Assembly: GCA_963842525.1 (NCBI GenBank)
Contig: CAWJGT010000003.1
Span: forward strand, 1,824,001 to 1,888,000
Direction of reading: 5' to 3'
Source: an uncultured Holophagales bacterium
GTDB lineage: Bacteria; Acidobacteriota; Thermoanaerobaculia; Multivoradales; UBA5704
Length of the DNA stretch: 64,000 nt
Part shown: piece after piece, positions 19,461 through 27,681 of the stretch
How positions within the stretch are numbered: position 1 is the stretch's first letter
How the letters are laid out: every line of letters begins with the position of its first letter
Translations under genes and position numbers: made by a program
The notes under the pieces: model-generated
What the model saw: the letters and a program-made list of their open reading frames with translations, nothing else
Told to the model about the DNA's origin: nothing
Databases searched by the model: none

Positions 19461-21187
19461 ACGATCTCGAGACCCGCACCGGAAACCAGCTCTACGACCT
19501 CCTCCCGGAGGTCTATCGTAGCCGCGACGACGGCAGCCTCGCCGCCTGGATGAATGGCATGGGGCACCTCCTGGACCTTGTCCGCAACACGCTGGAGCAG
19601 CGGCTGGCCGACTGCTTCCCGGACGCACCGCTGCGCGGCCGGGCCAGCCAGGACTGGCTGCTGCCGTACTTCGCCGACCTGCTGGAGCCGCACATGATCT
19701 CCTCCGACCCCCGCGCCCAGCGCGCCGAGGTGGCGAACGCCATTGCCTGGCGGCAGCGCAAGGGGACGGTCGCCGTGGCTGAGCAGGTCGCCCAGGGGGT
19801 CGGGCAGATCGAGGTCGAGGTCCAGGAGGGGTGGAAGCGCGTCGCCGTCACCCCGCGGATCGGTGGCACCCCGCCGCCTCCGCCTCCCATGGAAGGAGAT
19901 CCCTGGGCCGACGGGCCGGCCGGCACGGTGGCCTTCGGCTTCCCGTCGCGCGCCGTCCGCGTCGATCCCGAGGATCCGGCCGCGCGCGTCACCCGCTTCG
20001 GCGACCAGTGGATCCCCTGGCGCCAGGCCCATGCCTCGGGCACACCCGCCTTCCCCGGCAGCTACGAGGACGTCTCGGCCCGTACCGTGGACATGCGCTC
20101 GCCCGACTGGCGCTGCGGGCACGCCCATCCGCGGCGGCTGCTGCTCTACTATCCGCCGCAGGGCGGCTTCTTTCCGCCCGGGGCGCCGGTGGTGGACTGG
20201 TACGCCTGGGCCTCCCGGCGCTCGATCTTCGAGCAGGGGCTCGCGCAGCTCGATGCCGGAGAGGAGAGCCGGATCTCGTTCAGCGATGTCTCGGCCGAAC
20301 GGCTCCCCGAGTCCCAGGGCATCGCGCGCGTCCTGATCAAGAAAGGCGGCGCTCTCGTAGGCGAGCGCATCAGCGAGCCCCACGGCCGGGTCACCCTGCG
20401 GATGCTCCTCTCCGGGCGGTGGATGGAGAGGAGCACCAAGCCCGGGGAGCCCGTCCTCTACCGTGGCGACGGCCGGCCGGTGATCGTCCGCGCCAGCAGC
20501 TCCGGCAATACCATCCACCTCGGTTCGGAGCTCCGCGTGGACTTCGAAGGGCTCTCCTTCGACGCGAGGCTCATCGGCAGCAACGGAACCCGCCTCAGGT
20601 TCCGCAATTCGGCCGCCCGGGAGGTCAACGTGCCGACGGCGGACCTGCATGAGCCTGTCATCGAGGCCGTCGATTCCCTCTTCGACTGGTTCGCCGCAAT
20701 CAACGGCCTTGTGCGCCTCGAATACGTGACCGTTCTGTCCGAGATCGCGGCGTCAGCGGCGTCGCGCGTCCAGGTGAGCGATTCGCTGCTGGTGGGGCAG
20801 CTCCAGATCTTCTCCTCCCAGCTCCCGAGCGTGATCCGCTATTCGCGCCTGCCCTGGCTCCCTGAGGGGGCGCCGGTCCTGGCGGCGTTCAATACCACGG
20901 AGCGCCCCCTGTTCGTGGAGCTGGACTTCCAGGAGGACGCCGGGACCGTCCGGCGCGCGGCCCGCTTCGGCGAGCCCGGCGCCGGCGTGCTCCACCCCGA
21001 AGCGCCGCGGGCGATCCGCCTCGGCGCCGAGGACGGCGGAGAGATGGGGGCCTATCACGGACGCCGCTACAGCCTGACGGCCGAGGCGGTCCGCAACAAG
21101 CTCGAAGACTACCTGCCGGTCGGCGTCGAGGCAGTGCTGATCCCCGATCCGCAACTCCTCAACCCGCCGCCCGAGCTCGAAGGGTGA
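19457..21187 (+). CDS. Baseplate wedge / tail protein I-like (Afp12-like)
   Basis: GTG start overlapping previous stop; LYDLLPEVYRSRD, DWLLPYFADLL, RAEVANAIAWRQRKGT, GAEDGGEMGAYH, LEDYLPVG. Confidence 0.85.
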   Translation: MNDLETRTGNQLYDLLPEVYRSRDDGSLAAWMNGMGHLLDLVRNTLEQRLADCFPDAPLRGRASQDWLLPYFADLLEPHMISSDPRAQRAEVANAIAWRQRKGTVAVAEQVAQGVGQIEVEVQEGWKRVAVTPRIGGTPPPPPPMEGDPWADGPAGTVAFGFPSRAVRVDPEDPAARVTRFGDQWIPWRQAHASGTPAFPGSYEDVSARTVDMRSPDWRCGHAHPRRLLLYYPPQGGFFPPGAPVVDWYAWASRRSIFEQGLAQLDAGEESRISFSDVSAERLPESQGIARVLIKKGGALVGERISEPHGRVTLRMLLSGRWMERSTKPGEPVLYRGDGRPVIVRASSSGNTIHLGSELRVDFEGLSFDARLIGSNGTRLRFRNSAAREVNVPTADLHEPVIEAVDSLFDWFAAINGLVRLEYVTVLSEIAASAASRVQVSDSLLVGQLQIFSSQLPSVIRYSRLPWLPEGAPVLAAFNTTERPLFVELDFQEDAGTVRRAARFGEPGAGVLHPEAPRAIRLGAEDGGEMGAYHGRRYSLTAEAVRNKLEDYLPVGVEAVLIPDPQLLNPPPELEG

Positions 21188-21233
21188 GAGGCATTTACTC
21201 GGCATTTACTCCTGCCGGATGCTGGGAATTCCC

Positions 21234-21467
21234 TCAGGGGGTGCAGCAGGCGATCCCACACTGCACTCCCGCCCGTCTGCAATCGCGCATGCACGCACTG
21301 AAGCCGGGATCCCCCTGCGGCGGACAGGTCGCCAGGCAGCTGTTGGTTACTACACTGCAGCCGCAATCGTCACCTGAGCATGCAGCGACGACCTTGGAAG
21401 GAACCGCCACGATCGTCAGGAGGACGAGACAGAGCGTTGCAAGCAGGTAAACAAGTTTGGTCCTCAT
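21234..21467 (-). CDS. Small secreted cysteine-rich peptide (77 aa; 10 Cys in mature part)
   Basis: Signal peptide MRTKLVYLLATLCLVLLTIVAVPSKVVA then ACSGDDCGCSVVTNSCLATCPPQGDPGFSACMRDCRRAGVQCGIACCTP; RBS AAGGGAG. Confidence 0.75.
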   Translation of the reverse strand: MRTKLVYLLATLCLVLLTIVAVPSKVVAACSGDDCGCSVVTNSCLATCPPQGDPGFSACMRDCRRAGVQCGIACCTP

Positions 21468-21530
21468 AGGCTCTCCCTTAGTAAGCAGCTTTCCTATTAT
21501 CTCTTTGTCAGATTCGCTTCGGATGGAGAG

Positions 21531-21749
21531 GCCCCGAAGGGGCTTGGGCATAAAGCCTGGCGCTTCAGCGCCAGTTGGCGCCCCCCAATGACCTGGAGCC
21601 CTGAAGGGGCGCAGGCATTCTCTACCATCCACCCGCGGCGGGGCTCGCGCCCCTCGCCCGTGCCGTCGCCCTTTCAGGGCTTTGGGTCAATATTGGGCCT
21701 CGGTCCTGGGGTTGAAACCCCAGGCTTTACGCCTTTGCCCCTGCGGGGC
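21531..21749. repeat. Intergenic REP-like inverted-repeat composite
   Basis: GCCCCGAAGGGGC..GGCATAAAGCCTGG inverted against CCTGGGGTTGAAACCCCAGGCTTTACGCC..GCCCCTGCGGGGC; same family as the copy at ~6637-6716. Confidence 0.85.
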
Positions 21750-21847
21750 TGCCGCCAGCCAGGGCCAATCTGACAAATAGAATTATGGCATCACAGGTCG
21801 TTGAGCACGCAAGCCCCGAGCGTGGAGCGTAGGGTCTCCAAGCATCC

Positions 21848-21874
21848 TGAGGGGGTCCGGGCTCGGGCAGCGTT
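21848..21874 (+). promoter_or_regulatory. ECF-type promoter motif A upstream of first DUF6519 gene
   Basis: TGAGGG-N17-CGTT(CC). Confidence 0.7.
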
Positions 21875-21937
21875 CCATACCGCGGAGTGGACGGCCGCCG
21901 CCGTCGCAGCCGATCGATTGACAAGGGACAGGCCGAC

Positions 21938-24805
21938 ATGAAGACTCAGATCTCCAGGAACGGATATGCCGCCGAGAAGCGCTACTCCGGGGTCTACCAG
22001 CAGCAGGGCAGCATCCTCACGGACCGCGACTGGAACGAGATGGTCGATGTCCTCAAGGGGCGCATCGACGAAGGATTGGCCCACGCGGTGGGGGCCGGCC
22101 TGGCGCGCAGCGGCGCCGTCGAGATCCTGCCGGGCTCCAGCTCGCAGGGGCTCGCGATCCGACCCGGGACGGTCTACGCCGGGGGGGTGACAGCCCAGGT
22201 CGCGCCCGCCGCCGGGGCCGCGGTCCCCTTCCGCTACGACCAGCAGGCCGACTTCCCGTCGCCCCCTGCGCTGCCTGCGGGCCAGGACTACGTCCTCTAC
22301 GCGGACATCTGGGAGCGGCCGGTGCTGGCCATGGAGGACGAAGGCCTGCGCGACCGCGCCCTGACCGGGGCGGCCGATCCCAGCACCCGCAGCCAGACCC
22401 TGGCGCAGATCAAGTGGGCCCCGGCTTCCTCGGACCCGGAAGACCCGGGCCAGAATCCACCGCGCGGCAACGCAATCCTCAGGGTGTCCGTGCCGTCGCA
22501 GGACCACCTCCCCGGACCCGATACCGACACCCTTCCGGAAGCCGTCGATCCGCTGGGCAGAGACGTCCTCCTCCGTCTGGAGGTCCACAACGTGACCTGG
22601 CCGGAAGAAGCCCCGCCGGAGTGGTGGTCCCGCATCGTCCTCAAGTGGTCGCGGGAGAACGGCGCGCGGCAGTACCGCTACCTGGAGGTGCCCCCCTGGT
22701 TCAAGACCGGGACGTGGATCTACGAGCTCTACGACCCGGAGGCCGAAAAGCACCTGGGCTACACCTTCGGGAGCTGGACCCCGGTGCGCGGAACGCTTTC
22801 GTCGACGTTCCCCGAGGTGAGCGGGGAGATCGCCGCACGCTCCTTCGTCCGGCGCTGGGACGGCTACTGCATCGTCTCGAGAACGGACTCCAGCAATCCC
22901 CACCTCCCTGCTTTCCAATTTGACGAGGACCCCGCGACGACCGCTCCCGGGTCCGTGGTCACCCTGTCCTCCTGGGAGGAGCCCTCCCCCGATGGGGACC
23001 TGGCCGTGAATCTCGGCCATCTCAGGCTCGACCTCACCCTCCAGAGCTCCGTCCTCCTGGCCGGAGACTCCTGGCAGGTCCCGGTCCGCCGGGCCGGCTA
23101 TCTACCCGGATCACAGATCCTGGCGGATCTGCCGTCGGGAGTTGCGCACCGCTACGCGACCCTGGCCACGGTCAGTGCCGCGGGGGCCGTGACGCCGCGG
23201 CTAGCCACCTTCTCGCCCCTGACCGCGCTCCAGGCGGGCGATGTCGCCTACGACGGCAGCGGTGCCACGAACGGCCTCTTCAACGCCTCCCACAATACGG
23301 TGAAGAAGGCGCTGGACCGACTCTGGAGCCTCGGCGCCGAGCACGCCGGGTACACCAGGTCCGCGAACAAAGGGGTCTACAAGGACAGATCCGCCGCCAA
23401 CGTCAAGCAGGCATTGGACCTGCTGAGCGACGTCCGTGCGCGGCAGATCGTCTACGACGGGCGGACGGGCGTGCCCGATCCTCAGGCCGCTCTGGACGCG
23501 TTGTTCAACCGCTCCACCAAGCTCAACGCCTGGACCACGGTCGGCGGGGCCGGGCAATATACGTCAGTCAATGCGGCGGTCACCGCGCTCCTCGCGCAAC
23601 AGAAGCGCGACATCCGCCTGTGGCTGCTGCCGGGCGATCATCGAGCTCGATCCGACGCAGCCGCTGATCACCGCGCAGGACGCGGTCCATCTGACCCTCG
23701 CGGGTGCCGGCTGGGTCTCCCGCCTGCTCGTCCGGGGAGCGGTCTCGTTCCAGGGCTTCGCCTCGGTGACGTTCCAGGGGCTGGCCGTCGAAGTCGACCG
23801 CCTGGCCGGCGTGTTTGTGAGCGGCGGCGAGTCTCTCTCCTGGACAACCGCATCTCGGGCATTTGCACCGAGGACGGCAAGGGTTTGATCCATTCGACCG
23901 GCAGCTCCCGCATCCTGCTGCGGGACAACATCGTCGAAGCCTCCCGGAACGATCCCACGGTGGAGCCGGTGTCGATCCTCGCGCCGCTCGATACCGAGGC
24001 CGCGCTGCGCGAGCTGTTCTCGACGCGCTCGCCCAGGCTGTTCGCGCTGCGTGCCAACGCGATGGACCTGCGGGTGCAGGCGCTCACGAAAGCCGAGCGC
24101 CAGCAGAGGGCGGACGCCATCCAGGCGCTGCTGGACCTGCGCCCGGACCTCCCGAAGGGGGCCTACAACACCTTCGTGACCAATCTGCGCGGCACATCTG
24201 TCGGTTTTCTCAACGGCACCTTGTCCCCGATCCGCGTCGAAGCCGTGCGGCGGGCGCTCCCCGGCACCTTTCTCACGATCGACGACATCGCCGGCAGCGT
24301 GCGCCTGGAGGGCAACCAGATCTTCGGCACCGTGAGCCTCTACGGGGCGCCCGGCGGCGAGCTCACCTCTGCCGATCTCCAGCGCATCGCCGGGCAGATC
24401 ACGACGATTTCCTTCGACGCGGCAGGCGGGTATGACCTCGTGGCCCGCAACAACAGGATGACCGGCTTCCGCATCGGCAAAGCGAGAGTCGAGCGACTCC
24501 AGGCCCAGAACGGCGCCGGGCTCGTCTATCGCCGCATCTGCCTGCGCGACAACACGATCGACAGCACCGGCAATCAGCTCCTGGCCGGCGCCGTCTCGCT
24601 GCAATCGAACCTCGTCCTCGCCGCGCCCACGTGGGGATGGATGATCACGGACGAGGCCTTGCTCCAGCTCAACCTGACGCGCTTCGCCGTGACGCAGAGC
24701 GCCACGGCCATCGATGTCCTGGCGCGGAGCGGGGTGACGGCGCTCAACGGGGCCTCCTTCAACGTACGTCAGCCGGCGTCGGAGTTGGCTCCCACGGTCC
24801 CCTGA
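21938..24805 (+). CDS. DUF6519-domain tail-fibre-like protein 1 (compensating indels near 23640 and 23835)
   Basis: MKTQISR..RYSGVYQQQG..LTDRDWNE, WERPV, LKWSRENG, RRWDG, GDSWQVPVR; beta-helix-like C-terminal half. Confidence 0.85.
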   Translation: MKTQISRNGYAAEKRYSGVYQQQGSILTDRDWNEMVDVLKGRIDEGLAHAVGAGLARSGAVEILPGSSSQGLAIRPGTVYAGGVTAQVAPAAGAAVPFRYDQQADFPSPPALPAGQDYVLYADIWERPVLAMEDEGLRDRALTGAADPSTRSQTLAQIKWAPASSDPEDPGQNPPRGNAILRVSVPSQDHLPGPDTDTLPEAVDPLGRDVLLRLEVHNVTWPEEAPPEWWSRIVLKWSRENGARQYRYLEVPPWFKTGTWIYELYDPEAEKHLGYTFGSWTPVRGTLSSTFPEVSGEIAARSFVRRWDGYCIVSRTDSSNPHLPAFQFDEDPATTAPGSVVTLSSWEEPSPDGDLAVNLGHLRLDLTLQSSVLLAGDSWQVPVRRAGYLPGSQILADLPSGVAHRYATLATVSAAGAVTPRLATFSPLTALQAGDVAYDGSGATNGLFNASHNTVKKALDRLWSLGAEHAGYTRSANKGVYKDRSAANVKQALDLLSDVRARQIVYDGRTGVPDPQAALDALFNRSTKLNAWTTVGGAGQYTSVNAAVTALLAQQKRDIRLWLLPGDHRARSDAAADHRAGRGPSDPRGCRLGLPPARPGSGLVPGLRLGDVPGAGRRSRPPGRRVCERRRVSLLDNRISGICTEDGKGLIHSTGSSRILLRDNIVEASRNDPTVEPVSILAPLDTEAALRELFSTRSPRLFALRANAMDLRVQALTKAERQQRADAIQALLDLRPDLPKGAYNTFVTNLRGTSVGFLNGTLSPIRVEAVRRALPGTFLTIDDIAGSVRLEGNQIFGTVSLYGAPGGELTSADLQRIAGQITTISFDAAGGYDLVARNNRMTGFRIGKARVERLQAQNGAGLVYRRICLRDNTIDSTGNQLLAGAVSLQSNLVLAAPTWGWMITDEALLQLNLTRFAVTQSATAIDVLARSGVTALNGASFNVRQPASELAPTVP

Positions 24806-24829
24806 GGGGACTCGGGACCGACTGGCGTT
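24803..24829 (+). promoter_or_regulatory. ECF-type promoter motif A upstream of second DUF6519 gene
   Basis: TGAGGG-N17-CGTT(CC); the TGA doubles as the upstream stop codon. Confidence 0.7.
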
Positions 24830-24894
24830 CCTACCACGAGCCCGCCGCCGTGGCGGAGCCGCAGCAGACAACCGAGATCAGGATCGAAAACGAG

Positions 24895-27681
24895 ATGAAG
24901 ACACAGATCTCCAGAGATGGATACCGCGCCGACAAGCGCTACTCCGGCGTCTATCAGCAACAGGGCCGGATGATCACCGACCGCGATTGGAACGAGCTGG
25001 TCGATATCCTGAAAGCCCGCCTCGACACGGGGCTGGCCGACGTCGTGGGCAGCGGCGTGCCGCGCGAGCATGCCGTCGCGCTGCGCAAGGGCGCGCAGGG
25101 GCTGGAGATCCGGCCAGGTGTGGTCTACGCCGGCGGCGTGGCCGCGCAGATCGGATCCTCCTACGGACCTTCGACGTTCTTCGGCTACGACCAGCAGGTC
25201 GACTTTCCGTCGCCCCCCCTGCCGCAGGCCAACCAGCCGTACGTCGTCTATGCGGACGTCTGGGAGCGTCCGGTCTCCGCGCTGGAAGACGAAGGGCTGC
25301 GCGATCCGGCCCTGAACGGAGCCGACACGACGACGCGTACCCAGACGATGGCCCAGATCAAGTGGGCCCCCACCGGAAAGAAACCCGAGGACGCGGGCCA
25401 GAACCCGCCGCGCGGCAACGGGACGCTCTCGGTGAGCGTACCGGCGGCGAGCTCGGGCGATCCGCTGGGCGGCACCGACGCGGCCGGCGGGGACTACCTG
25501 TTCCGCCTGGAGGTCCACGACGTGACCTGGCCGTCGAACGCGGCTCCGGACGCGCCGGGCCGCGTGGTCCTCAAGTGGTCCCGCGAGAATGGAGCCGAGC
25601 AGCACAAGGCCCTGGAGGCCCCCAGCTCCTTCCGGTCCGGGCCCTGGATCTACGAGCTGTACCAGCTCGCGAACGAGAAGACCCTCGGATTCCATTACGC
25701 CACCTCCTGGCAACCGGGCCGCGGCGAGCTGTACACCGTGTTCCCTTCCCTGTCCTCCCAGGCGCACCAGAGCCATTTCCTGCGCCGCTGGGACGGCTAC
25801 TGCGTCCTCCAGCTCCAGAGCAACAAGTCCTGGGGTTTCTCCTCCAATCAGGTCGAGGAGCCGAGGCGGACGGCTCCGGGGGCGACGGTCCAGCTCGAGA
25901 GTGGACGACTCATCGTGCGGCTCCTCGACCTCGAGCTCGACCTCGACATCCAAGGCCGGACCTTCCTGGCCGGAGACTACTGGCAGGTGCCGGTCCGCCG
26001 CGCCCTCCACCAGCCCGGAACCCAGATCGTCCAGTCGGCTCCGCCGGCGGGCATTACGCACCGCTATGTGACCCTGGGCTCGGTGAGCGCCACGGGCGAC
26101 GTGACGCCGCGCGCCACCTTTCCGCCCCTGACCGCCCTCCAGGCAGGCGATGTGGGCTACGACGGCAGCGGCTGCACGACCGGTCTCTTCAATGGCTCCC
26201 ACGATACGGTGGAGAAGGCCCTCAACCGTCTCTGGCAGCTCGCCGCCGAGCACGTCGCGTACACCAAGCCCGCGGACAGCTCGCTCTACAAGGGCAAGAC
26301 CATCGCCAATGCCAAGAATGCCCTGGACCTGCTGAGCGACGTCCGCGCGCGGCAGATCCTCTATGACGGAAGGACGGGCGTGCCGGACGTCCAGGCCGCT
26401 CTCGACACGCTGTACACCCGTCCCAGCGGCGACTCCTGCGGCTATACGGTCGGCACGGGCGGAGAATTCGCCAACATCGACACGGCAATCCAGACGTTGA
26501 TGACCCAGCAGAGGCAGGATATCCGCCTGATGCTGCTGCCGGGCGACCACGTGCTGAGCGCGAAGCTCCGTCTTCCTCAGCGACCGCAACGTCCACCTGA
26601 CCTTCACCGGCACCGGCTGGGCATCCCGCCTGATCATCAACAAGGCATTCTCGATTCAGACGCCCGCCTCCGTGACCTTCCAGGGCCTGCACATCGAATT
26701 CCAGGGAACGGGCTCTCTCGTGAGCCAGGGCGGCGAGGTCAGCTTCCTGGACAACCGCATCACCGGCGTCTCCACGGCTGCCCTGATCCGGCCCCAGATC
26801 TGCTCGCGCATCCTGTTGCGCGACAACCTGGTCGAGGTCTCGGAGATCGACCCGACGCTCGAGCCGGTCTCGATCCTCGCGCCGCTCGACACCGAGGCCG
26901 CGATCCAGCAGTTGTTCTCGACGCGCTCGCCGCGGCTTTTCGCGCTGCGCGCCAATGCGATCGACGACAGGATCGCTGCGCTCACCGAGGCCGAGCGCCT
27001 GCAGCGGTCGGACGCCATCCAGATGCAGTTGAACAAGTTTCCCGACCTGCCGAAGGCCGCGTACAACACCTTCCTGATGAACCTCCGGGCCGGAGCCCGG
27101 GGCTTCCTCAACAACACCCTCTCCGCGGTCCGCGTCGAGGCCTTGCAGCGGGCGCGCCCCGGCCTCTTTCTCCAGCTCGACTCTCCCCTGTCGCCGCTGC
27201 GGCTGGAGAGCAATCAGATTTTCGGCTACGTGAGCCTCTACGGCGCTCCGGGAGGAGACCTCACCTACACCGAGCTGCGCAACTTCAGCAGTCAGGTGGG
27301 GAACACACTCTTCGATTCACAGGCTCGACACGACCTGATCGCCACCGGCAACCGGATGAGCGGATTCCGCGTCACTGCACACACCTTCAGCTCGATCCGC
27401 ACGGGCACCCACATCACCCCGCTTTTCCAGCGCATCACGCTGACGGACAACACCTTCGAGGCCGGAGGCAACCAGCTCGTCGCGTGCAACGTCGAGCTCA
27501 GCTCGAACCTGTACACAGCGCCGACCTTCGGCTGGGCCATCGGGGAGGAGGTCCTGCTGATGAGCAACGTGGCGCGCATCGATGTCGGCCTCGACGTGGT
27601 CACCCGGAACATGGTGTCGACCGGCAACTCGACGCGCATGAAGATCCGGCGGATCACGCCGAGCTCCCCGCCACGCCATGA
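24895..27681 (+). CDS. DUF6519-domain tail-fibre-like protein 2 (frameshifts near 26570 and 27655)
   Basis: Paralogue of 21938..24805 along its length; the C-terminal half is in ORF 26672..27799; end AELPATP* parallels SELAPTVP*. Confidence 0.82.
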   Translation: MKTQISRDGYRADKRYSGVYQQQGRMITDRDWNELVDILKARLDTGLADVVGSGVPREHAVALRKGAQGLEIRPGVVYAGGVAAQIGSSYGPSTFFGYDQQVDFPSPPLPQANQPYVVYADVWERPVSALEDEGLRDPALNGADTTTRTQTMAQIKWAPTGKKPEDAGQNPPRGNGTLSVSVPAASSGDPLGGTDAAGGDYLFRLEVHDVTWPSNAAPDAPGRVVLKWSRENGAEQHKALEAPSSFRSGPWIYELYQLANEKTLGFHYATSWQPGRGELYTVFPSLSSQAHQSHFLRRWDGYCVLQLQSNKSWGFSSNQVEEPRRTAPGATVQLESGRLIVRLLDLELDLDIQGRTFLAGDYWQVPVRRALHQPGTQIVQSAPPAGITHRYVTLGSVSATGDVTPRATFPPLTALQAGDVGYDGSGCTTGLFNGSHDTVEKALNRLWQLAAEHVAYTKPADSSLYKGKTIANAKNALDLLSDVRARQILYDGRTGVPDVQAALDTLYTRPSGDSCGYTVGTGGEFANIDTAIQTLMTQQRQDIRLMLLPGDHVLSAKLRLPQRPQRPPDLHRHRLGIPPDHQQGILDSDARLRDLPGPAHRIPGNGLSREPGRRGQLPGQPHHRRLHGCPDPAPDLLAHPVARQPGRGLGDRPDARAGLDPRAARHRGRDPAVVLDALAAAFRAARQCDRRQDRCAHRGRAPAAVGRHPDAVEQVSRPAEGRVQHLPDEPPGRSPGLPQQHPLRGPRRGLAAGAPRPLSPARLSPVAAAAGEQSDFRLREPLRRSGRRPHLHRAAQLQQSGGEHTLRFTGSTRPDRHRQPDERIPRHCTHLQLDPHGHPHHPAFPAHHADGQHLRGRRQPARRVQRRAQLEPVHSADLRLGHRGGGPADEQRGAHRCRPRRGHPEHGVDRQLDAHEDPADHAELPATP

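Noticed and set aside
16520-21187. Single 1555-aa baseplate protein as given in the ORF track (also 4389..5696, 11409..12740)
   Set aside because: Artefactual fusions created by frameshifts; the middle portions are out-of-frame Arg/Gly-rich text.
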